Shown one piece after another: positions 20,362 to 30,710 of a DNA stretch of 64,000 nucleotides; the first letter of the stretch is position 1; each line of letters starts with the position of its first letter. The notes beneath the pieces are model-generated. The model was given only the letters and a program-made list of their open reading frames with translations, was not told the DNA's origin and did not search any database. The stretch is from the NCBI GenBank assembly GCA_003707115.1, contig PPNB01000005.1:248001-312000 (forward strand), given 5' to 3'. The DNA is from Tortispora ganteri (taxonomy: Eukaryota). The translations under genes were made by a program, and so were the position numbers.

Positions 20362-20847
20362 TTACATGCTTTCGAGCTGCTCGTTGATCTCGTCCAGCTC
20401 GACTTTGGCGGCATTGTATTTGGCCTGCATCTCCTCGAACTTATTTTCCCATGTAGCGACCTCTTTCTCAAGAGTGGCAACTTTACGGGTAGCATGTTCA
20501 GATTCAACTTCGCTATTTTGCAGTTTCTCAGTAAGTTCCTTGATCTTAGCTTCGGCTGTTTCCAAACTCTGCTCGAGCTGGTCATTCTTGCGCGAAAGCG
20601 TCTCAGATTGTGCACTAGACTCTTCACCTGACGCAGCCTTAGACTTCGCTTCAGCTAGTTCGGCCTCTAATTTCTCGACACGCTCTTCCAACAAGGCATT
20701 GTTATGAGTAAGCGACGTAACTTCCTGCTCCTTGCCGAGATTATCCTGTTCCAGCGTCTTAATCTTTGCCAGTGCTTCCTCAAGCTTTTCGTGCGCAGAA
20801 TCAGCTTCAAGACGCAAAGATCCAATTTTTTCTTTCAGTTTATCCAT
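20362..20847 (-). CDS. Tropomyosin (161 aa)
   Basis: MDKLKEK...LRLEAD start, continuous heptad coiled coil, fungal tropomyosin length. Confidence 0.93.
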   Translation of the reverse strand: MDKLKEKIGSLRLEADSAHEKLEEALAKIKTLEQDNLGKEQEVTSLTHNNALLEERVEKLEAELAEAKSKAASGEESSAQSETLSRKNDQLEQSLETAEAKIKELTEKLQNSEVESEHATRKVATLEKEVATWENKFEEMQAKYNAAKVELDEINEQLESM

Positions 20848-20999
20848 TTCTATTCACGTAAATGATAAAAACACAAGCCAGTAATGTCACTTATATGTAT
20901 GTAAATTGCTCGAAATCTCGCACAAAAGGGTTCCTCTTTCGCTGGTGTTGTCTTTCTCTGAGCCACCCCTTTTCAGGCAACTTGACACATTAACCACCC

Positions 21000-21005
21000 A
21001 CGCGT
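21000..21005. promoter_or_regulatory. MCB element in the tropomyosin/securin-like spacer
   Basis: ACGCGT at 21000-21005. Confidence 0.4.
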
Positions 21006-21123
21006 CACAGCCGAAGCAAAATTACCCGGCTTGGTTGCTATGCTAATCTATTCTAGGCAGTAGCTAAACACACCAGACATACATACACACAGATACGTGC
21101 AATTGCGAATTTTGAGAGTTCAT

Positions 21124-21621
21124 ATGGACATTTATAGAGATGTCAGGTCGGCTAGAAAGACGCCCAAGGCCCGCGTGAAGTTTGTACAGGATGAGAACGC
21201 CCTTGCGGGCAAGCGCGTGATCAGCAAAACGCCGCTGAAGCAGGTACAGACACCGCGAAGAGTACTGGGCGGGAAAGACACCAATCTGCAGGGTGGCACC
21301 GAGTTCAAAACGCCTGCTCCTACTAGATTTGCGCGAAAGATAGAAGTTAAGAAAGATTCAGTGCCTGTGGAAGAGGTCTCAGATCATTCAGAATCTTCAA
21401 TAGAGTACTGTCCGCCGCCAGAAGAACCGCTTCCGTTCTGTCCAGAAGATGATCCGATCGATTTCAAGAAGTTTGCCAATACTTTCACACGGCCTCAGGG
21501 CTCGCTGAGCTCATTAATTTATGTGGAAAGACCTGTTATTGAGTCTCCAGAGTTCCAACCTTTTGATATCGACGAGGATTTGCTCAAAGCATTAGACAGC
21601 GACGAGTCTGCAGAACTGTGA
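21124..21621 (+). CDS. Securin-like protein (Pds1/Cut2-type)
   Basis: Basic N-terminus with QDEN, D-box RRVLGGKDTN, several TP sites, acidic C-terminus with IEYCPP...LPF.P; first ATG 21124. Confidence 0.65.
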   Translation: MDIYRDVRSARKTPKARVKFVQDENALAGKRVISKTPLKQVQTPRRVLGGKDTNLQGGTEFKTPAPTRFARKIEVKKDSVPVEEVSDHSESSIEYCPPPEEPLPFCPEDDPIDFKKFANTFTRPQGSLSSLIYVERPVIESPEFQPFDIDEDLLKALDSDESAEL

Positions 21622-21855
21622 CTCACATGCCGCTATCACTGTACCACTCAGAACAGCTAGCATTCATAAGCACTATAATTCTATACAGCATAACCACTGT
21701 TTCAGTCTTACTGCTCCTTGATTATGAGACTTTCGACGCTTTAATTTTCCATACAATATTTACCGTTGCTATGTGGACCTGCCAGTCGACTACCCTGCCT
21801 ACACAGTGTGTGCACGTCTGTCTAACTTACACTTAACCAGCACTCCCCCTTAACA

Positions 21856-22845
21856 ATGAGAACTCTTAGCGTGGGCCTTCTGTTTGCATTGAATGCATTG
21901 ACAGTGTTCGCTATTGGAGATTCTTCTCCATTTTTTGTATTCGGATACAAAGAGTAAGTGATTTGCCTAAGGAAGAGCTCGCTTTCCCCTTGTAGGAGGA
22001 GAAACCGAATATGGCTTTTATCTCTGTCCTGTGGCATTAGTTGTAAACAATTCTTTATAGCATGACACTAACCGCTACAAAATAGACAACTGTCAGGATC
22101 GCCAAAGAAAGGAAACTATATGATTAACACTACGGAATTTCAAGAACTCGTAGAGTCTCATACAGCTGAATGCGATTTTGATGCATACATATTAGTTCAC
22201 CAACCCCGTCTGCATCTGTCTGATATCATGGATTCGAGCTCTATGCCTCACAGCAGCCAGGCGTTAAAAGTATCGCCAATTTCGCATATTGCTGCCAACG
22301 TTGTGGGCGAGTACGATTTCGGTGGTGTTCGCGACCGGCTGACGCAAAAATGCAACGCCAAAGTGATACAGGCTGATGCGTCCAGCGGAAGCTTCAATTC
22401 TTTCACGGACAAGCAGGCGAGGGTCATCACGTTGGAATTTGACACACTTTCAAATGACAAAGAGACACGAGCTAAACAAATTCTTCGCAACGATGCAGTT
22501 ATTTTCAATATCCTTTCGTCGTTGCCGTCGAAGAACGCTATTGTTGTGTTCTCGTCAACGCCCTTAGAAGACCCAAAAGTGATTCAGTCGTACGAAGGCG
22601 GTTACGCTGAAGCGATTCGTGTTGAGATGCCACCCAAAAACTTCCGTCGATCAGACAAACAAAGGCCACCAAAAGTTAATCGAGTACAATCAGGACTGTT
22701 TTCGAACTACTCTTTTGTATCTGCTGGCATATTGATGGGTTTCTTTGTCGTCGCTACAGTTTTGACGATTATTTATATTGGTTTGTCTGTTATTTCTGGG
22801 ATGTCAGTATCATATTCTGCTTTTGAAAAGCAAAAAACTAGCTAA
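21856..22845 (+). CDS. Voa1/Big1 (Ac45-like) type I ER membrane protein; spliced (exons 21856-21953, 22086-22845)
   Basis: Exon 1 encodes signal peptide MRTLSVGLLFALNALTVFA; C-terminal GLFSNYSF...TM...VSYSAFEK and a dilysine-like KQKTS tail. Confidence 0.82.
21954..22085 (+). other. Predicted 132-nt intron
   Basis: GTAAGT donor, ACTAAC branch, TAG acceptor; splice joins the signal-peptide exon in frame with ORF 22120. Confidence 0.88.
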
Positions 22846-22989
22846 GATTTTGCTTTTCTTACAATATAATTTACATATCTATCTATACTGCTCTAACGGG
22901 GGCGGTCCTGCGGCCAACTAAACTCACTCCCACCCATACAACATTGTACTTTTTCCCCACTTATTCACACGGCTTCGAAACAAGCATAA

Positions 22990-25683
22990 GTGTTTAATAA
23001 TTATAATTTAGTCACCATAATACGAGATTTTGAAATTAAGACGCAACCATGGCGTCTGCCTCAGGCAGTTACTGATAGAATACTTGACAAACTCGATCCA
23101 GTCGATTGGGCACGGTTTGCGCAAGTATCTAGAGCCACAAACCGCATAACCTACCGTCCAAACCGTTGGGTTTACGCACTACGCCTGATAGGCGCCTGGA
23201 ACGAATTAAAAGCTCATGAAGTTGTTATTCAATTACGTGAACAACAACGAAAATTGCGCGACTTACAATTAAAACGACAACGGAAACTTGAAAAGGCTTA
23301 TGGAACGATCTTCGATGCTGAAATTGATGGTGCTGATATGAACGACGAATCAATGTCGATTTCGGCACCAGTGCCTGACCTCATCGATGTCAACACACCC
23401 GCTACACCACATATAGTTACAAACTATTCTTTTGATTTAATTCAGATCTACGAACAAGTGTCACATATTCCCGAGAATGCTAGACGCGAGTTTGGCGCCA
23501 TCTACGCCGTTGCAAAACCACTTTACGACGATACTGTGATCCCTAGATCCCTCGCCGATATCGTCAGACGATCAAAAGTGTATCAACAGTATAGCGATCC
23601 CATGCAACTTGCAAAGGCACTTCAAATCCTCAAAAAATTCTCTATTATCGACAAATCCTCTGATAACTACAATGCACACATTGAACATCTCGATTCTATA
23701 CTGGAATTGTTCGAGAACTCATGTCTAGCCGAGCTTGAAACTGTACTGGATGTAATTGATCCTAAAGTGCCCATAAAACTATCGGGTGTGCCTCAGGACC
23801 CCATGAAGTTGAAACAGGCCCGCATGTATATAGACGTTCTAGTATACTTCAATGGTGGATCGTCTGCAGCCGAGCTATTTGCGCGTCACGCGTCCCGGTC
23901 TTTTGAGGTTCTTGCCAGACCAGAAGTAAATTCATTTATTGAAGACGAAAAATTTCACATATCACATATCAAACGCTACTTGGACTCAGAAAAGGCTTTA
24001 GTCGTCACCAAATGCATTCTGGCCGATTCGCTTTTCCCGTCACCTTTGAAACTTCCGCAGACCATCATAACTAATGCTAACGAGAAATATCTAGTGTCTT
24101 ACTTCTCTGAACTGCTAGAAATTTCTAAATCACAAAGAGAAACCTTGCCACAGCTATATCTGGACTCGTTTTCAGCTATATTTGGTCTGTTTCTTGACTA
24201 CTGCGACTCTCTTGCTTCTGTAAAACTCGAATTAAACCTTGCTCAGATCGCTTACGACCAAATCGTCAAAATAGTCGTTCCTTCAATCCCCCCTTTCATG
24301 CACAGTATCGTTGACTATATGAACCTGAACTGCGAGGGTATCATTGGCGAATGGGATTCTGCTGCCGATACCGAACAGGAAGCAGCTGAACGCATACTTT
24401 TCAGTAATGTCTCGCGTCAGAAGGAAAAGACAGATTTCCTTGCTAGTTTCAAGCACGTTCTGATGATGCCTGTGACTGCAATAAGTAAAGCCTCCTCTTC
24501 AACACCAGCAGCTTCTACAAACGACTTGAACGGGTCTACTTCTCGCCCACAAACGCCATCAATGTCTACATCAGATACTCTTACTGGTGAGCTTCCCACA
24601 ACTGCCCTCGAAGCACAACTGGCTATTATGAAGACGCGGCTGGAAAATATTCGGTCGCTGTTCAGTATACAACTGGCAATGGATTTGCTTACTGAAGCCC
24701 GTAGCAGCTTAGAGAGACTGAAAGTATTTGTTGCTTTGAAAGGCGATATTGGCAAACTTGCACAAAAAAATGCGGAACGTATATTTACATCAATGCTCGA
24801 CTTCCTAGGACCTCGTCACGTTCAAAAGGGTTTTGAAAAAGCCATAGAGCATCTGGACGAGTATCGCGCACAGACGAAATTGTCGGAGGTGACTTCTGAC
24901 AATGTATCAGACCCACTCACGATTTTCCTTGAGCTTGTCAATGTTGGTGACCTGATACAACAACTCGTCGATACATTTTACGAACAAGAGCTCATTGCCC
25001 CACGATTTGTGAGCAAGCAAGACTTCCTCACTCAGTCTATCCAAGAAAAGAGGAAGTTCGAGCAAATGTTAGACGAGAGTGTCGCAACAGGTCTAAATAA
25101 GGGCATTGACGTCCTAATAGGTACGAGCGAGCGGATACTATCAGCAGAACAGCTCAGCAGCGATTACAATCCGCCTATTATTGATAACTCGCTACTGTTT
25201 ATCGGGGGTGGCACAGAACTAGGGCCAACTAGAGCTGCACAGGACGTAGTGCAGCTACTAAAGAAGCATTTGACGACCTTAGAAGGAGCCACAGAAAAGT
25301 CTGTGCTTGATGTGTTCAAGCAGGAAGTGGGCATGCAACTTTTTGGTCTGCTATGCCGGCATATTAAACAACAAACAATAAGTGTTGCTGGAGCGCCTAT
25401 TTTCATGTGCGACATGAACTACTTCTACGCGTTTGTGAGTTCTCTGCGTCAACGACAATTGTATGATTATTTTGCGGCCCTCAAGACACTGGGTCAGTTA
25501 TATTTGATTGATGGGGAGGATTCTAAAGAGATTGGAGCATTGGTAGGAGACTTGAACAGGTTCAAAGGAGTATTTCAGGCGGAAGAACTTTATGAGTTCG
25601 CTCAACGACGAGCAGATTGGTCAAAAGTGAAAAAAGAAGTGGAAAAAGTCATGTATGGGCTGGTTGAATGCATTGTCATGTGA
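22990..25683 (+). CDS. RCY1: F-box / Sec10-like recyclin Rcy1 (start codon unresolved)
   Basis: N-terminal F-box (LPQAVTDRILDKLDPVDWARFAQVS), FLELVNVGDLIQQ, KRKFEQMLDESVA, RRADW, CAAX terminus CIVM. Confidence 0.92.
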   Translation: MFNNYNLVTIIRDFEIKTQPWRLPQAVTDRILDKLDPVDWARFAQVSRATNRITYRPNRWVYALRLIGAWNELKAHEVVIQLREQQRKLRDLQLKRQRKLEKAYGTIFDAEIDGADMNDESMSISAPVPDLIDVNTPATPHIVTNYSFDLIQIYEQVSHIPENARREFGAIYAVAKPLYDDTVIPRSLADIVRRSKVYQQYSDPMQLAKALQILKKFSIIDKSSDNYNAHIEHLDSILELFENSCLAELETVLDVIDPKVPIKLSGVPQDPMKLKQARMYIDVLVYFNGGSSAAELFARHASRSFEVLARPEVNSFIEDEKFHISHIKRYLDSEKALVVTKCILADSLFPSPLKLPQTIITNANEKYLVSYFSELLEISKSQRETLPQLYLDSFSAIFGLFLDYCDSLASVKLELNLAQIAYDQIVKIVVPSIPPFMHSIVDYMNLNCEGIIGEWDSAADTEQEAAERILFSNVSRQKEKTDFLASFKHVLMMPVTAISKASSSTPAASTNDLNGSTSRPQTPSMSTSDTLTGELPTTALEAQLAIMKTRLENIRSLFSIQLAMDLLTEARSSLERLKVFVALKGDIGKLAQKNAERIFTSMLDFLGPRHVQKGFEKAIEHLDEYRAQTKLSEVTSDNVSDPLTIFLELVNVGDLIQQLVDTFYEQELIAPRFVSKQDFLTQSIQEKRKFEQMLDESVATGLNKGIDVLIGTSERILSAEQLSSDYNPPIIDNSLLFIGGGTELGPTRAAQDVVQLLKKHLTTLEGATEKSVLDVFKQEVGMQLFGLLCRHIKQQTISVAGAPIFMCDMNYFYAFVSSLRQRQLYDYFAALKTLGQLYLIDGEDSKEIGALVGDLNRFKGVFQAEELYEFAQRRADWSKVKKEVEKVMYGLVECIVM

Positions 25684-25742
25684 TAGTATCTGTGAAATGG
25701 TCATAGCATAGAAATTAGAGAAGAGTTTGGTGTAATATGCCA

Positions 25743-27236
25743 TTAATTGCACCAAAGTCGCACTGAACGGTCTTTGCCGCCAGTTGCTACCTTCGAACCA
25801 TCTGGTGCCCAATCAAGGGCATAAATTTCGTCATTATGTCCAAATAAATCTGATTCCATTTTGCGAGTTCTGACGTTCCATACTTTACATGTAGTATCTT
25901 TAGAAGCCGAAGCCAGCAACCTAGAGTCGGCAGACCAGGCTACCATGTACACCGACGAGACGTGACCTCTAAGAGAGGTGATAAATTTTCCGGTCAAGCC
26001 GTCCCACAATTTTACTGAGTTGTCAAATGATGCAGAAGCGAGGTAGCGGCCGTCTGGTGAGAATGCAACATGGTTGACTAATTTCTGGTGACCAGTCATA
26101 CGACATATTGGACTTGTGGACTGTGAAGGCTCCCATAAATACATTGTAAAGTCATCTGAAGCAGTCGCCACGCGTTCTGTCACTCTTCCATCGATAGTGG
26201 CAGCTTTTATAAACCGTTCCTGAGCGCGCTGTTGAAACTCCTGCTGCGTCTGCGGAGTTGGCTTGGACTTGTACTCAGGACCTAAGTAGCCCGTTCTGAG
26301 CGCATGATCGGTAGACAGGGATATGTGGTTGACCCAGTGCGCGTGTGATTTCAAGATATGTAAACACTTTCCAGTCTTGTCGTCCCAAACTCTTACAGTT
26401 TTGTCGTGTGATGTAGTGTAGATGTGACCGATTCCACCCCATTTAACGCACGAGACAGCGGAGGTGTGTCCACCGAGGGTAAATATAGTTTTGCGTCCAA
26501 CGACATCCCAGACACGCACTGAACCGTCCTTGGACGAAGAAGCCAGTCGCGGGAAGCTATCCGGATCGACTCTATGTATAGGCTCCCACGAGAGCGAAGA
26601 GATCCACTGAGTGTGGCCTCTGAGCTCGCCGACGAAATCGCCCTTGCGGGAGTGTAAGCGTATAGTCTTGTCCATAGATCCGGAGGCAATCATAGAGCCG
26701 TCTGGTGCCCAGGCGACGCAAAGGACCCAGCCGTTGTGACCCGGTATTGACTTGACACAAGTACCTGTGTCGCAGTCCCAGAGTCTAAGAGTGTGATCAC
26801 CAGAACCCGTAATAAGACGCGAACCTGTCTCTGGCGAAAAAGCTGCAGCAAGAACAATGCCTTGATGACCGGTCATTGTGGCGCTTGATCGTGTAGCGGG
26901 TTTAACCTTGAACACAGCTTGCGGTCTATAGAGGACATCTATAGTGTCTTCTGCAGAGCATAGTGCAGGTTTGATAACGTCTTCATAAAGAGTTGTAGTA
27001 ATTTCTGCGTCTTTAACAGAGAAAGCGTAAGGCAGACGTTCTTGATCGTTAAGTAGTTGGTGTATAAGCGCCTGCAGCTGTGCTGGCGTAGAGCCCGCCG
27101 GCAGACGCAGTGGTTGTAAAGTCGCTGCAGAGTCACCACTGACGAACCTGATAGTAAGATCACCCAAGGGTACCTCTTTTGGCTGTTGCGCATCGCGCTT
27201 CTGGCGTTTAGACTGTCTAGGTATTAGTGTTGCCAT
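25743..27236 (-). CDS. RSA4: Ribosome assembly WD40 protein Rsa4/Notchless
   Basis: NLE domain (YRPQAVFKVK), WD40 repeats, HAHWVNH, ASDDFTMYLW, RMTGHQKLVNHV. Confidence 0.97.
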   Translation of the reverse strand: MATLIPRQSKRQKRDAQQPKEVPLGDLTIRFVSGDSAATLQPLRLPAGSTPAQLQALIHQLLNDQERLPYAFSVKDAEITTTLYEDVIKPALCSAEDTIDVLYRPQAVFKVKPATRSSATMTGHQGIVLAAAFSPETGSRLITGSGDHTLRLWDCDTGTCVKSIPGHNGWVLCVAWAPDGSMIASGSMDKTIRLHSRKGDFVGELRGHTQWISSLSWEPIHRVDPDSFPRLASSSKDGSVRVWDVVGRKTIFTLGGHTSAVSCVKWGGIGHIYTTSHDKTVRVWDDKTGKCLHILKSHAHWVNHISLSTDHALRTGYLGPEYKSKPTPQTQQEFQQRAQERFIKAATIDGRVTERVATASDDFTMYLWEPSQSTSPICRMTGHQKLVNHVAFSPDGRYLASASFDNSVKLWDGLTGKFITSLRGHVSSVYMVAWSADSRLLASASKDTTCKVWNVRTRKMESDLFGHNDEIYALDWAPDGSKVATGGKDRSVRLWCN

Positions 27237-27479
27237 TGGCTGTGGGAGATCAAGGGCTACAAATGAATGTGATGGAGTGTGGTGGAGTATGCTACTAATT
27301 TTTCGCAGGTGCGCTTTGGGAGAATGTGAGATCTTCCCCTAGTCATGTTGGGCCGTCCGCCAGAAACGCTTTGAGCGTCGCGCATAAAAAAAAAAAGGAA
27401 AATCGCGTTTAGTAATATTAAAATATTGGTAGAGATGACAAAAATCAAGGAGATCTTTACAAAAGGTTTCACAAAACAG

Positions 27480-27842
27480 TTAATGCTTCTTGAACAGCTC
27501 TTTGGCCTTGTCGAAAAGCGATCGCTCGGCTTCCTCTGTTTGACGAATGTTACCGTAACCACCGCGACCAACTGACATGCCAGACTCATAGAAGGTGGGC
27601 TTATCGCCGGTATGCGCCTCCAAAACTTCTTCTTTGTTTTCGTCTATATCTTGTGCCATTCTCGACAGCTTGGGATCATCATTGTGCATCATGTTGCCTC
27701 GTCCGCCGCGCCCCGTAGTAAATACCTTCTGTTCGAGCACTGGTATATCCTGTCCTGCAGAACCCTCTTCAACCTGGATATCTTCGTCCGCTGTGCGCAC
27801 ATTTCCGGCGCCTCCACGCCCAGTAGATATGTATTTCGACAT
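27480..27842 (-). CDS. Par32-like (DUF3602) small protein
   Basis: Three repeats STGRGGAGN / TTGRGGRGN / SVGRGGYGN. Confidence 0.8.
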   Translation of the reverse strand: MSKYISTGRGGAGNVRTADEDIQVEEGSAGQDIPVLEQKVFTTGRGGRGNMMHNDDPKLSRMAQDIDENKEEVLEAHTGDKPTFYESGMSVGRGGYGNIRQTEEAERSLFDKAKELFKKH

Positions 27843-28118
27843 TTTGATATTATTCTAAGCGGTCAATTTGATCCAATTCTCCTTAAGTCGAAGCAGAACT
27901 ACAAATACTTCAGTGTCGATTTTCCTTTGTCCTTTTATACTTCACCTAGCAATCGATGCGCACTGCCCTGTGATTTGCTACATGACTCTTGGCATGGTCA
28001 CTCATCAACCACCTCCTATTGGCCAATCACTGTCTTATCTTACATTTAAAACCTTACTCCTGAGTCACAAAAACTCTCTATCATGTAGAAAAACATACAT
28101 TATAGCGTCGTAAAATAT

Positions 28119-30392
28119 CTATTCAACCACTTCTGTCTTCTCAGACAGTACTTCCTCCGTGTACTCCTCGATATTCTCTTGTGTACTCTGCTTTGCACCA
28201 AATAGTTCCTTTGGCAGCTTCGCAGTAATGTTCGCACGGTACGCAGTCCATTCACCCAATAGCCGTCGACGACTCTCCATCACTTCGCGTGCTTGTGCGC
28301 TCTGAGCGGCAACATCTTCAGCGTCAAAGATTGGCGTCCACTTCTCACGTAACTGTTTGCGAATTTGTTTCATCTGTTCCTTCGACAGCGGTGTTGGCGG
28401 CCGCGGTCGCCATAGCAGACACTTCAGTAACTCGATGCGTTCTTCGCGGATTACAGCGCCCCGTATATCACAAATCTTGTACCCATTCTCCAAATTGTGG
28501 ATCCAAAAACTGCTAACTGTAGTCACATACCGTCCAGACGGATCCCAGTCGATATCCGTCGCACCATAGTGCGAGCTCTGCCCGATCTTCATCACGTTCA
28601 CAGGCACATCCGCAGCGTCTTCCAGCATGTACTTGTTCTCCTTACGGTCGCCTTCGTAGTCGAAATCGAAAAACTCCAGGTCGCATTTTGTCGTATTCAG
28701 AAGACCACGGTTCAGGACCAGCGTAGTCAAGACTAAAAAGCGTCCGTTCGGGTTCCAACGAATGGTGTTGATTGTGCGTCTCTCAAGCTTCTTCGCAATC
28801 TGTACAAACTTGTCAGTAGCAGCAACTGAACCGCCTGGACCAGAATGTTCAAGGCCGTAAAACGAAATAATCGTTCTAGGAGGCTGAGTCAGGGGTGCAC
28901 GGCCAGCGGCAATCTGCTCTTTCAGAATTGCCTTAGAGATACCATCCGTAGGGTCTGCACAAATAACAACAAAACGATCACGATTGGGTTCCCAAGCAAA
29001 TTGCAGTACCTGAGAGTCGCGCAGCTCCATAACTTCAACAGGAATTCCCGCCTCGGTTGCCCGGTAGAACTCCAGGTTTGAGAAAATCGATTTGCCTGAC
29101 TTCGAGTGTCGGTCGACCTTGACGCACAGGAGCCGGCCGAGGTTGTGCCAGTGCAAAGAGACATCATTTACATTGACGAGGTTTCTAGTACGGATGACTT
29201 CCTTGTTGGGGATAGTCATTAGAGAAACTCTGGCGGCCTGGTCGCCAACTTCGGGAGTCCAGTAGGCCAAAAGGGAAGGCGGAATCTCCTTAGCGGGAGT
29301 TTTACGGCCCTGGATAGCGATGTTATTAGTAGGGCACCAGGAGAAGTCACGGATACCTTCAACACGGATGCTCTTCTTATCAATGAGACCCATTGATGGA
29401 AGCTCGTATATGCTCAAGGATTGGCCGGGTGTCAAGCGCGCAACATAACGTTCGTCTGGAGACCAGCGCATGATGTCTTCTTCCGGGTTGAGTTCACGAG
29501 CAACTTCTCCTGGAAGTGCAAGGGTACGCAAAAGTGCACCTGTTGAGAGCTCCCAGACAGCGATGTTTTTGCCCGCGTCCTGCTCGCCAAAAGGAAAAGC
29601 ACCACGGCGGTCCGGGGGAGGCAGCTGAATCGGTTCAGGAGAATATGTAACAAGATAGTTCTCGTGAGGAGAAATGCGAGCGTAAGCGACATTAGGGTGC
29701 ACATAACGACTTGTAGGTTGGAAAGAAGGACCAGACCAGATTTGAACACCTTGACGGTGCAAGCTGATAAGATAGGAGCCTAGCGGTGACCAGCGGACTG
29801 GCTGCTCGGTGAGTCCAGGGCGCACGGCGACCTTTTCGGGAGCATCAGCTTTACAATTCCAGAATAGACCTGTATCATCGCCGCGCTGCATAATAAATTG
29901 ATCGCGTCCTTGCTTGTCTGCGAGCCACCATTTGAGGTGTTCACGTTCGGTAAAAGGTTCTGGCTCAGGGGCAGTCCAAGTATCGGGCACCACACCAGGT
30001 TCAGTGTAGCGAATGACATCCGATAATTTATTTACCAAAATAGTATGATTTTTGTCAAATCTCTTCTTGTGCAACATAGTAGCGGCAGTTTCGGCGCCAG
30101 TCTTGGTTTCATACTCTACAAAAGCGGTGCCTTTGGTGGTGCCGTCGTCGTTTAGAGCCAATATGATTCCAGAGGTGCCATCTTCATTATCGGGGGTAAT
30201 TGGACCAGCGGGGCTCAAGAATTTTCTGAGAACTGTCCGCAGTGCTTTATGTTTAGCGGTAGGTACGCCTTTCGGGACGCCATCGGCGACTACAAAAGCG
30301 CCGAGGTCAGGCTCGTCAGTGACGACGTATTTACTTTCGAGGTCAGAGAAGTCGATCCCCAGCTCTTTTGCTTCCTCAAGGTCGACAGTCAT
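28119..30392 (-). CDS. PRT1: Translation initiation factor eIF3 subunit b
   Basis: RRM, EREHLKWWLAD..GRDQF, WSPLGSYL.SLHRQGVQIW, WDPSGRYV, WRPRPPTPLS; ATG at 30392. Confidence 0.97.
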   Translation of the reverse strand: MTVDLEEAKELGIDFSDLESKYVVTDEPDLGAFVVADGVPKGVPTAKHKALRTVLRKFLSPAGPITPDNEDGTSGIILALNDDGTTKGTAFVEYETKTGAETAATMLHKKRFDKNHTILVNKLSDVIRYTEPGVVPDTWTAPEPEPFTEREHLKWWLADKQGRDQFIMQRGDDTGLFWNCKADAPEKVAVRPGLTEQPVRWSPLGSYLISLHRQGVQIWSGPSFQPTSRYVHPNVAYARISPHENYLVTYSPEPIQLPPPDRRGAFPFGEQDAGKNIAVWELSTGALLRTLALPGEVARELNPEEDIMRWSPDERYVARLTPGQSLSIYELPSMGLIDKKSIRVEGIRDFSWCPTNNIAIQGRKTPAKEIPPSLLAYWTPEVGDQAARVSLMTIPNKEVIRTRNLVNVNDVSLHWHNLGRLLCVKVDRHSKSGKSIFSNLEFYRATEAGIPVEVMELRDSQVLQFAWEPNRDRFVVICADPTDGISKAILKEQIAAGRAPLTQPPRTIISFYGLEHSGPGGSVAATDKFVQIAKKLERRTINTIRWNPNGRFLVLTTLVLNRGLLNTTKCDLEFFDFDYEGDRKENKYMLEDAADVPVNVMKIGQSSHYGATDIDWDPSGRYVTTVSSFWIHNLENGYKICDIRGAVIREERIELLKCLLWRPRPPTPLSKEQMKQIRKQLREKWTPIFDAEDVAAQSAQAREVMESRRRLLGEWTAYRANITAKLPKELFGAKQSTQENIEEYTEEVLSEKTEVVE

Positions 30393-30543
30393 TTTCACTT
30401 TTATTGGTCAAATTGCGTGTATTGAATGACGTCAAACGGCAGAGTAGACCGTGGATGCAGGAAAATATCGAGTAAAACGACGAGTCCTTGGTTCGTCGGT
30501 GTGTGCGTTTTTTTTTCCTTTTGAATTTTTTTGTGAAATTCGG

Positions 30544-30553
30544 TAGGGTTAGG
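30544..30553 (+). promoter_or_regulatory. Telobox/Tbf1-like TAGGGTTAGG in the PRT1-HCR1 bidirectional promoter
   Basis: Read directly; function inferred. Confidence 0.35.
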
Positions 30554-30710
30554 TTTAATTGTTGACCCAACTGCACCACCAAAGAAAGACTGTCAGAGAA
30601 GCTTCTGTCTTTTCCCCTTACGACTGCACGAGTACTGAAACGAATAGAGCGGTTTTATAATTGGTATATTAAGGAACGTGTGTACGTTCTTATTGTGATA
30701 TTGAACCAAT

